Shown here piece by piece: positions 1 to 8,254 of a stretch of 40,584 bases of DNA. Location of the stretch: contig JAVHPP010000097.1 in the NCBI GenBank assembly GCA_036170655.1, positions 1-40,584 of the forward strand, in the 5' to 3' direction. Source of the DNA: Candidatus Zixiibacteriota bacterium. GTDB taxonomy: Bacteria; Zixibacteria; MSB-5A5; WJJR01. The stretch's first letter is position 1. Each line of letters starts with the position of its first letter. Both the position numbers and the translations under genes were made by a program. The notes beneath the pieces were generated by a model. That model was given only the letters and a program-made list of their open reading frames with translations. It was not told the origin of the DNA and made no database searches.

Positions 1-688
1 GCTTGGGACTGTCCCAGACATCGACCGCACCGCCGAAGCGGAAGCTGATCGGCAGCGGAATATCCTCGGAAATGTGTTTGATGTTCGGCCCAAAGTTCGA
101 GATCATCATCGTAATCTTGAAGTTGCGAAATCCGGTGTTGTAATTGGTCCCGACATCGGCCGCCCAACCTGTCGCACGGTCCTCTTCGAGGATTTCACTG
201 ACCAGCTTGAATGTTACGCCAACCGAGAAGCGGTCAGTCAAGTAGCGCCCATAGGAGGCGGAAACCGCATACGCTCCGGCGCCGAAGGTCGTGCCGTCTC
301 CATAAGGATACTTGTAGTCGGTGTGCAGCATCGTACCTGCGTTCAGTCCGTAGTACCCGATCCCCAGCACGCCGCCAAAGCGCATCGGGATACCCGCGCC
401 AACAAAGCCGTAGAAGATATCCGCCGGATAGTCGATGCCCGAAACCATGACCTGCCGTCCCTCAAGTTGCACCAGGCCCGCAGGATTGTAGTAGACCGCT
501 GAGGCGTCATCAGCAATCGCGGTGAAAGCGCCTCCGATGCCATCCGCGCGCGGCGATACGCCGATCTCCAGGAACTGCACACCGGTGGTGCCGACCTTGT
601 CTTGGGCAGCGGCACGGCCAGACGACAAGGCCAGAAACCCGATGATTCCCACGAGCCCCATCCACCATTGTATTTTCCGTATCTTCAT
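1..688 (-). CDS. PorV/PorQ family outer-membrane beta-barrel protein (runs off left edge)
   Basis: Missing from ORF track (no stop in window). Manual translation from ATG at 688: MKIRKIQWWMGLVGIIGFLALSSGRAAAQDKVGTTGVQFLEIGVSPRADGIGGAFTAIADDASAVYYNPAGL... Signal peptide plus the FLxIG..R..G.G.A..A..DDASA.YYNPAGL N-terminus typical of PorV/PorQ/FadL-like barrels. Confidence 0.85.
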   Translation of the reverse strand, partial: MKIRKIQWWMGLVGIIGFLALSSGRAAAQDKVGTTGVQFLEIGVSPRADGIGGAFTAIADDASAVYYNPAGLVQLEGRQVMVSGIDYPADIFYGFVGAGIPMRFGGVLGIGYYGLNAGTMLHTDYKYPYGDGTTFGAGAYAVSASYGRYLTDRFSVGVTFKLVSEILEEDRATGWAADVGTNYNTGFRNFKITMMISNFGPNIKHISEDIPLPISFRFGGAVDVWDSPK

Positions 689-732
689 GGTCTTTTCCCC
701 GCGTGTTCGCACTCCGGTCAAGACGACAATCC

Positions 733-3507
733 TCACTTGATGATGACGATCTTGCCCACCTGGGAGGGCCGGCCGGGCGCATCGACCCGGTAGAGGTAGA
801 TTCCCGACACGACCGCCTGGAGATTGCGGCTCACCAAATCCCAAGACGCCATGGATGAATAGGAAGACAGAACTTTGTCAGGGTGTTCGATGGTCCGCAC
901 GAGGTCACCATCGAGTGTGTATATGTTAATGGTCGCCTTTTCCGGCAAATTAATGAAGTTGATGCGCCGGTCCATCTCAGTGACTGCACCGTTTCTGCCA
1001 CCTTCCTTTTCCGGCGCTTCGTAGCCCTGCTCGAAGTAGCTGGTCATGCGGCCGTCCGAACCTCGGAAGGAGATCTTGTATGGGTTCGGGAACACCGAGA
1101 CTTTCAGGCCACTGTCGCGGGCCACATCCGCCGAATAGATGGGAACGACGGCCTGATAACAGCCCCCCCGGGGCGATTCCAACGGCGGCAGACCAACCAC
1201 GGGGTCGCCAACGTCAAACGCCGTCACCGAAAAATACTGCTGATAGGTCGGCAGTTTGTCTACTGTCAGCTGAAATTCACCATACGTCAGAGTGTCGCCT
1301 TGGATGACGATCGTATCGAGAGAGACACGCTGGATCAAGTTGGCGATCTTCTGGATGACCGTATCGCCTGAGGGCGTGACGTCCGTGACATATAATGTGT
1401 CGCCAAAGTTTTCCGCCTGTGGTTCGAAGTAAGAACACCGTCCGCTATCCTGATAGCACGACCCGGGGTCGAGAGAGGGACGGCTAAAGCGTTTGGGGTC
1501 AAACTGGCTATCCCCGGTCATCCTGCGGATATCCCCGAGCGAGAGAACGTTCCCGTTGGTCGTCCACATCCCCTGCCGGATATCATAAATGAACTGTTTG
1601 TAATCTTCCTTGTCCCAACTAGCCAGGAGGGAATACCGATCGGGGGAATTCTCCCGACCCACGTAGACGCGATATCCCTCAAAGTCGTACCGACGCGAGA
1701 GGTGATCTTTGGTCGTCTCGGACGACTTCCCGCTCCAGCGCAGGATGACCTGCGACGGACGTGTCTCGGCTGTCAACTCTTGAGCGGAAGGACTGGGGCA
1801 TGGAGGAGCCTCCGGACCCTGCAAATCCGGCAAACCCTCATGGCGTGTCGCTGTCTGCTGCGGTCCGGGCGCTGGCCCCATGTCCCCCACGAAGGGAATC
1901 GGGTCGCTGCAAATCGTGTAGATGGTATCCGGCTTCACGATGCGCTTGCAGTTGCAGTCGTCATGGAACTCGCCTGCGTAACCATCGCAATCCGTATCAA
2001 ACCCAGGCGTATCATAGATCCAACTAGCCCACTGCGCGGCAAAAGATAGTTGCCCAAAATCTTTCTTCGCGAGGAATCCATCGGGATCTTTGCAGACAAA
2101 AGTCTGCAGGGGATCGGTGTGAAAGTTATTTCCCCCCAGAAGAGCAAAGGCGATACGGATGGAATCACCGGGGAGCAGGTCATCCTCGAGAGGACCAACG
2201 GCGGTCACCTGCCGTGTATCGAGACCATCGGCGATGCCGCAGGCGCCGCCCGGAGGTTTGCGCCATCCATCGGATGAGAAATCGATCGCCGAGTAAACCT
2301 GCCCGTAATCAATTGTCCGGTTCGCCATGAGGTAGTACCGGCGGCGATCACCGTCGGGGATACCAACCGGATCGCCGGAGCCCAACTTGGCCGGCCCCCA
2401 CTGAGGGTCGCTCAGTGTCCACCAGTTGAAGCTCATTCCCTTCGTGGCTGGCGACCTCAGGAAGCGGATGCCGACAATCCCGTGAGTCGACGATGACGGA
2501 AACTTGTCACCACTGGGATCGCCATCATTGTCCGCCGCCCAAGCCACATTCAAAGGATCCACTGCGTCAGGGCACAATAGATTGGCGCCGCTGGACAGAT
2601 ACCCGGAAATATCATCGTCATAACCGGCAACACCGCCGGCGGCGGGGGCGATTTTATTGAGAATATCGTAATCCATGAAGACGCCCATCACAAAATTGGA
2701 AATCGCGTGAGGGTTCCCCATATCGCCGGAAATGTTCTTGATCCAGAGTTCGACGATGACGAACTGCTGCGCGAAGCTGTCCGGCCAGGCATAAGATGTC
2801 TGAGACACTTCCAGACCGAGAGGGCGATGCCTGCGGCCTTCGACCTCGTCCGTTGCGTTCAGGACCAACGTGTCAGAGAACTTGGCATAGTACTGCTGGT
2901 CGGCGCGCGCATTCAAATAGTAGTAATACTTTTTCAGTGAGTCCGTTGAACAATGTTCCAAAAGAAGCGAGTCCATACTGCCCGGATCGTAGAACGGGGA
3001 ACTGCGACGAGTAGACGCCACTTTGATCGGCGCGAAACTGTTGAGCTCATCGGACTGCACGCTCCCCCCACTGATGGCCGTGCTCACCAGCGTGTCATTG
3101 CCGACAATGCCGCCAAACCAATAGCCACCCTTAAAGAGGTAGTCAGCGCGTGTTCCAGCGGGGAATTCCCAGGAGGGGTAATAGCCTAACTCGGGACAAT
3201 TCGGGTCTTCATCACAGGTGAAGGAATTGCCACCGCTTTCCGTTCCCAGGATGCCGTAACTTGTAACGACCAGCCAATTCTGGCCCACGTAATGCAGTCG
3301 GTTACTGAAAACAATGGGTGCATTGGCGGCATTTCTGCCAAGAGCCTCCGCATCGCTGATCGGTCGGATCGGCGCGTTTTCCAATGCGCGCGCACAAACC
3401 CGGCCGGGCAGGAACATGAGGCCCAAGAGCAGCAATGCGATGCAGTGCCTCCACGGACTCAAGCCGACCACCAACGTCAATACCACTCTGACGAATCGAT
3501 GACTCAT
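733..3507 (-). CDS. Large secreted hypothetical protein with T9SS-like C-terminal sorting domain
   Basis: ORF 733..3588, better start ATG 3507 (AAGGAG SD upstream). Hydrophobic N-terminus. C-terminus VSVFPNPY...INFINLP...INIYTLDGDLVRTI...WDLVSRNLQAVVSGIYLYRV resembles a T9SS/FlgD-Ig CTD. Confidence 0.8.
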   Translation of the reverse strand: MSHRFVRVVLTLVVGLSPWRHCIALLLLGLMFLPGRVCARALENAPIRPISDAEALGRNAANAPIVFSNRLHYVGQNWLVVTSYGILGTESGGNSFTCDEDPNCPELGYYPSWEFPAGTRADYLFKGGYWFGGIVGNDTLVSTAISGGSVQSDELNSFAPIKVASTRRSSPFYDPGSMDSLLLEHCSTDSLKKYYYYLNARADQQYYAKFSDTLVLNATDEVEGRRHRPLGLEVSQTSYAWPDSFAQQFVIVELWIKNISGDMGNPHAISNFVMGVFMDYDILNKIAPAAGGVAGYDDDISGYLSSGANLLCPDAVDPLNVAWAADNDGDPSGDKFPSSSTHGIVGIRFLRSPATKGMSFNWWTLSDPQWGPAKLGSGDPVGIPDGDRRRYYLMANRTIDYGQVYSAIDFSSDGWRKPPGGACGIADGLDTRQVTAVGPLEDDLLPGDSIRIAFALLGGNNFHTDPLQTFVCKDPDGFLAKKDFGQLSFAAQWASWIYDTPGFDTDCDGYAGEFHDDCNCKRIVKPDTIYTICSDPIPFVGDMGPAPGPQQTATRHEGLPDLQGPEAPPCPSPSAQELTAETRPSQVILRWSGKSSETTKDHLSRRYDFEGYRVYVGRENSPDRYSLLASWDKEDYKQFIYDIRQGMWTTNGNVLSLGDIRRMTGDSQFDPKRFSRPSLDPGSCYQDSGRCSYFEPQAENFGDTLYVTDVTPSGDTVIQKIANLIQRVSLDTIVIQGDTLTYGEFQLTVDKLPTYQQYFSVTAFDVGDPVVGLPPLESPRGGCYQAVVPIYSADVARDSGLKVSVFPNPYKISFRGSDGRMTSYFEQGYEAPEKEGGRNGAVTEMDRRINFINLPEKATINIYTLDGDLVRTIEHPDKVLSSYSSMASWDLVSRNLQAVVSGIYLYRVDAPGRPSQVGKIVIIK

Positions 3508-3636
3508 TGTTACTCCTTGTATGTCGCGAGCGCCACGACAAGCCCCCAAGCCACCCGGGTCCGACCCCGGCTCACTACGCGATCCCATACGTCATACTTT
3601 TGGACAGAGACGAACATGCCACACCCGCCAAAGCCA

Positions 3637-6600
3637 TCAGAAGTTAACACCGAATCCAAGCCGGAGCTGACGCCCGGAATCCCAGTTGCGCGGACTGGGC
3701 GGGCGAATGCTGACGTACGGCACACCTTCCGGGTTGTAGTCGGTGGTGGGCAAACCCGTTTCCGCGTAGACCGTGTTAACATTGCGTGTGTCGAACAGAT
3801 TGTTGACCCAGATCTCAAATGTATAGCTGAGTGACGAAATCTTGAAGTCCTTGTTGAATCGGACGTCGACATTGCTGGAAGCCGGGAGACGTCCCGAGTA
3901 CGGCGCGGGATTGCCACCAGGGATCAGCTGGACGCCGGGATGCAACTTTCCGGGCGTGTACGGTTGTCCCGTATGGTACTGCCAGAACACATTCAGGCCA
4001 AAATTGTCAGGCAACGTAAGACCAAAAAGCCTGGGGTGATCATTGCCGGGCACGCGAATATCGAGATTCAGCGTCACGGTGTGGCGTTGGTCCCAGTCCA
4101 TCGGAAATTCCTGAATCGTGACGTTTCCTGACAGGTTATAGAAATTATCGAAGAACTCCAGGGAGTTGGCCGATGCCTTTCCGTAGGCATAGGCGAAATT
4201 GTAACTCGCCTGCCCTGAGATATAGTTCCCGTATTTCTTCTCCAATTCGAGCTCCAAACCGCGGGCGCGGGCATAGTCGCGATTCTCGTAGAAATTCCGT
4301 GTGGCGGTCACCACATTGCCCGTGGCTGCACTCGCAGTCACGCGGCCAAAGTCATCCTTGTAGTACCCCTGCACGGAGAGAACGTAGGTCGGAGACAGCA
4401 GGTACTGGACGCCGAATTCATACTGAATCGTTCTTTCATAATCGAGGTTGACATTCCCGATCACACCGGTGGCGCTGCTGAGTTGCGTCGCCCTTTGGTA
4501 CATGTAAGTCAACTGAGGCAACTGGTAAAAGTGGCCGTAGTTAAAAAAGACCTTCGCCTTGTCGGAAATGGGATACGAAAATGCGATGCGCGGCGCGAAC
4601 TTATCGCGGTAGTCCTCGGCCTTGGGGCGACCGGTAAATTCGCTTCCGAGGCCTGTTCCGGTGATGCTCGCATCCTTTGACTGGATGAAGTAATCGTACC
4701 GGAAACCGAGGTTGGCAATCATCTGGCCATATTCCATTTTGTCGCGCAGATAAAACGCCCCGGATTTCGGCGTCTGTGTATAGAAGTCACGCACACTGCC
4801 ATGGTCGGGATATGGCCCGCCGTCGGACGTACCCGTGTACGGAACATACGGCTTGGTCAATTCCTCCAAGTTCAGCGAATAGGCTTTGAAACTGAAGCCG
4901 ACCTTGACTTCCTGTTCACGCCGGACCTGGCTGGTCAGATCCATATCGACTGTCGATGTGATGACATTTTTCCTGCTCCAGAGAACATCCTCGTCCCAGC
5001 CCCGCTCAAAGAAACCGTCGTTCAGAGGGTCGCGGATCCCATTGCCGTTGAGATCGTAGAACGGATCGCCCAAGCGGTAGTCGACGTCATTATTGGAGAT
5101 GCCTCCCGAAAATTGCCCCCCCCCTTTGTCATAGACTCCGTTTCCGTTGTAATCGCGGAACGGAACACCGGGAACCCACGGATCAAATGGTCCGTCATAC
5201 TTCGAATCGTAGGACAGATCGGTGTACGGCTCTTCGGGAACCAAAATTCTCTTGCCGTTGTCATCGAACTTAGTTGTCGCAGCATCCCAAACGCCGTTGC
5301 GATTGATGTCGACGAACGGTTCGCCGAGCGATATGTCACCGTCGATGAATGATTCTGCGCGATCATTCACGGACCGGCCGGTACTGGAACCGAACAAATC
5401 TCGTTCGCGCAGGGGATCATAGCGGCCGTTTCGGTTTCCGTCACTCTCCAAGACGTCTGAGGTGCCGGTGGTGGGGAGCCGTTGGCCACCGCTGATCGCG
5501 ATGCCCCCATCATACCGGCCGTTGCCATTACGGTCGACGAAGGGCTCGGTGACGTCGTTATCCTGGACCCCGTTGCCGTTGAAGTCGTAGAGCAAATCCT
5601 CGCCCTGGTCCCACTGACCGTTGCCATTCGCGTCTACGTACGGCTCGCCAATATCGAAGACCCCGTCGGGATAGACATCGACCCATTCCTCAGGCGGATC
5701 CCACTGACCGTTATTGTTGACATCGATGTAATGGTCGGCCTGAGCAGGGAAAAGGAACTGATCCGGGTTCAGGGTACCTCCCGGTGTTGTCGGGTCACCG
5801 GGTTTCTGCTGATACAACCGCTGAACGCGCGAAAACACAACCTGATAGAATGTGGAGCGACTGAGATTGTGTGTCCACGTCAGGCTGTAACGGTCGTTGC
5901 GATCTTCGATCCACGGGAGCGTGTTCGGCGTATATCGGTACGCCCAACCCCAAGCCAGCGAGCGTTCATCACTTCTCTTGAAGATCCCCGTCACGCGAAT
6001 GTCGGGGTTGAGACGGTAGGTCAGCTTGAGGCCCGCGTTGCCCGAGTTCTCTTGCCGGTCCGGGATTTCCAGTCCAAGGAACTTCGTGTAGCGGAACTTG
6101 GCACGGGTGAGCGGAGTGGTGTAGTCGTTGATTGGAGTGTACGTGTCAGTCTTGTCGAAGTCCGCGTTGATGAAATAGCTGAGCTTGCCCGCCAAACTCT
6201 TTAGCCCCAGTTGCGGCAGTAAACGGCTCGTGATAAGCGGATCGGGGCCGCCCAGCGTGAACTCGAGACGGTTCAGATTAAAGGAGTACTTGTTCAAGGC
6301 GGTGGTGCCGAGGTTGTCGGTGAAATACTCAGCATGTCCGCGCGTGACGTCATGCTCGCCTTCTTTGGTGGCCACGTTGATAATCCCCGATGTCGCCTCG
6401 CCATATTCGGCCGACCAGCCCCCTTTAATGATGGAGATGTTTTCGATTTCCGTGCCGGACAGGTTCAGGGATTCCGTTGGTCCGCGTCCTCCCAAGGGAT
6501 CCTTCATTGACACACCGTCCACCGTGAAGAGAACTTCGTCGGACCGTCCGCCACGGACGTGGAAACGGTCATTACGGACCGTGACGCCGGTGAATTTCTT

Positions 6601-7089
6601 GACGATGTCACTCACATTGGCAACCGGCATGCTCTTGATTTTTTCAGCGGTCACATCGCGCTTTGTGGTGGCCTCATCCATCTGGATGAGCTCGCGTTCG
6701 CGTGTCACTACAATGGGCTGCAATTCGATCAGGCTCTGCTCGAGCTCCAAGTTCAATGTTGTGGTCAGATCGGGCTTGACCAGCACGCCCTGAGTGACGA
6801 CACCCGTGTAGCCCACGATCTTGACCGCGATCGTGTATTCACTGGCGGGAACGGCCATGATTTGGTATTTGCCGTCAACATCGGTGAGGGCGCCGATCTT
6901 TGTCCCTTGAATCTGGACAGCGGCATTGATCAGTGGTTCCTTTGTTTTCTTGTCGATGACCACGCCGGCGATCTTCCCGTTGACACCCGCCATGGCCGGA
7001 GCGACCAGTAGAAGAAGAGCCACCAGAACGGCCCCAGTCGCTTTGACAGACAATCGTACGCTAACTGACATTGCCGAAGCCTCCATCAT
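3637..7089 (-). CDS. TonB-dependent receptor with carboxypeptidase-regulatory-like N-domain and an inserted Ca-binding repeat region
   Basis: Signal peptide; GKIAGVVIDKKTKEPLINAAV N-domain; plug motifs VRGGRSDEVLFTVDG and GGWSAEYGEATSGIIN; C-terminal VNNLFD...RLGFGVNF. True start may be a few codons downstream. Confidence 0.9.
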   Translation of the reverse strand: MMEASAMSVSVRLSVKATGAVLVALLLLVAPAMAGVNGKIAGVVIDKKTKEPLINAAVQIQGTKIGALTDVDGKYQIMAVPASEYTIAVKIVGYTGVVTQGVLVKPDLTTTLNLELEQSLIELQPIVVTRERELIQMDEATTKRDVTAEKIKSMPVANVSDIVKKFTGVTVRNDRFHVRGGRSDEVLFTVDGVSMKDPLGGRGPTESLNLSGTEIENISIIKGGWSAEYGEATSGIINVATKEGEHDVTRGHAEYFTDNLGTTALNKYSFNLNRLEFTLGGPDPLITSRLLPQLGLKSLAGKLSYFINADFDKTDTYTPINDYTTPLTRAKFRYTKFLGLEIPDRQENSGNAGLKLTYRLNPDIRVTGIFKRSDERSLAWGWAYRYTPNTLPWIEDRNDRYSLTWTHNLSRSTFYQVVFSRVQRLYQQKPGDPTTPGGTLNPDQFLFPAQADHYIDVNNNGQWDPPEEWVDVYPDGVFDIGEPYVDANGNGQWDQGEDLLYDFNGNGVQDNDVTEPFVDRNGNGRYDGGIAISGGQRLPTTGTSDVLESDGNRNGRYDPLRERDLFGSSTGRSVNDRAESFIDGDISLGEPFVDINRNGVWDAATTKFDDNGKRILVPEEPYTDLSYDSKYDGPFDPWVPGVPFRDYNGNGVYDKGGGQFSGGISNNDVDYRLGDPFYDLNGNGIRDPLNDGFFERGWDEDVLWSRKNVITSTVDMDLTSQVRREQEVKVGFSFKAYSLNLEELTKPYVPYTGTSDGGPYPDHGSVRDFYTQTPKSGAFYLRDKMEYGQMIANLGFRYDYFIQSKDASITGTGLGSEFTGRPKAEDYRDKFAPRIAFSYPISDKAKVFFNYGHFYQLPQLTYMYQRATQLSSATGVIGNVNLDYERTIQYEFGVQYLLSPTYVLSVQGYYKDDFGRVTASAATGNVVTATRNFYENRDYARARGLELELEKKYGNYISGQASYNFAYAYGKASANSLEFFDNFYNLSGNVTIQEFPMDWDQRHTVTLNLDIRVPGNDHPRLFGLTLPDNFGLNVFWQYHTGQPYTPGKLHPGVQLIPGGNPAPYSGRLPASSNVDVRFNKDFKISSLSYTFEIWVNNLFDTRNVNTVYAETGLPTTDYNPEGVPYVSIRPPSPRNWDSGRQLRLGFGVNF
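5025..5740 (-). repeat. About 10 degenerate EP(F/Y)xDxNGNGx(W/Y)D peptide repeats inside the TonB receptor
   Basis: Visible in translation: YIDVNNNGQWD, EPYVDANGNGQWD, YDFNGNGVQD, EPFVDRNGNGRYD, EPFVDINRNGVWD, PFRDYNGNGVYD, DPFYDLNGNGIRD and others. Confidence 0.8.
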
Positions 7090-7359
7090 GCATAGACAAT
7101 GAGTTCGTTGGCCGTCGCGTTTCCAAATTATCCAAGTTTGGTGACCACATCTGCACTCATACCCCGTCCGCGTGGGTCAGTAAACGGCCCACAAGTGTGC
7201 CATGATCGCCCTGCCGACGGAACCAAGTCAAGCAAAAAGCCAGCGAGCCACATGGGTTCCGTTGGCTCATCGTTACGCCCCGAGCGGCTTTCGGGCGCCG
7301 GCACCCAACAACGACTACTCTTGAGTTGCGGAGATATTCCCGGCCAGTGCTATTTTTTT

Positions 7360-8175
7360 TCAGCGCCAATTGTGCCAGTTAGACTGTTCCCATACGGCCT
7401 TCTGCCGGGCCACCATCGCCAGAAAAGAACGGCCGAAGACGGCCTCTCTTGTGATTGATCCGGCAATACCGTCACGCAGAGCATTCGCCAGCCGGGCCCA
7501 ACGCGCCGCCTTTGACCCCAAATCGGGTGGCAGTGACCACCAGCCGGCTTGGTTCGTTCCGGGGACATTTCCTGGAGAATGTTGGCAGAAGCGGTCATCC
7601 GGACCCGGGGCTTCAAGGTAGATGGTTCCGTGCTGCAGCCATGCACCCGGCAGGTTCAGTTGCGCGGACGCCACAGCCTTGCGGCCAGCGATTGAGATTT
7701 CATATCGGGTCAGCGAATGCTCGCACAAGCCATGAGCGGACCGCGGCCTTCCCTCCATGGCGGTTCCGCTACGTCCTTGGTGGACATGGGGTTCAAAGCC
7801 CAATTTTGCCAGTCCAGAAGCGAGTCCTTGGGCCACCCAACCGAACGTGGCCCGGAAAGCGTTCTCCAATGATTGGGGGACGACATCATGGGAAACGACC
7901 ACGGCGTAATTCAATTCATGGCGATGCAGCAACGCGCCCCCGCCGGTGGGCCGTCTGGCCCATTCCCAACCACGCTGGCAGCAGAGTGATGGATCGACAA
8001 CGTCGGCCCATCGCTGGTTGCGGCCGATGGTCACCGCGGGAGGATTCATCGAATAAAAACGAAGCACAGCTTGATGCGAAGTTTGTGCGTACTGCTCGAG
8101 CAACAACGCGTCAACCGCCATCTGGGTGGCGGCATCTGCATGCAGGGGAGCAAAGTAAGTCCAGACAATCTCCAC
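7360..8175 (-). CDS. Lipoate-protein ligase A / LipM-like octanoyltransferase family protein
   Basis: MAVDALLL, LRFY...PAVTIGRNQ, RRPTGGGALLH, ELNY, GRKAVASAQ, LQHGTI motifs of the BPL_LplA_LipB family. Confidence 0.85.
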   Translation of the reverse strand: MEIVWTYFAPLHADAATQMAVDALLLEQYAQTSHQAVLRFYSMNPPAVTIGRNQRWADVVDPSLCCQRGWEWARRPTGGGALLHRHELNYAVVVSHDVVPQSLENAFRATFGWVAQGLASGLAKLGFEPHVHQGRSGTAMEGRPRSAHGLCEHSLTRYEISIAGRKAVASAQLNLPGAWLQHGTIYLEAPGPDDRFCQHSPGNVPGTNQAGWWSLPPDLGSKAARWARLANALRDGIAGSITREAVFGRSFLAMVARQKAVWEQSNWHNWR

Positions 8176-8254
8176 GTAACGTCTCCGGCAGCAAGATATG
8201 CGGCCCCGGCGACGGGAACAAGCTGGCCTCGTGACTGGGGAGAGCGGAATTGTA

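Noticed and set aside
7090..7359. Second sigma54 promoter upstream of the first TonB receptor
   Set aside because: TGGC-containing candidates on the minus strand lack the required GG-N10-GC spacing.
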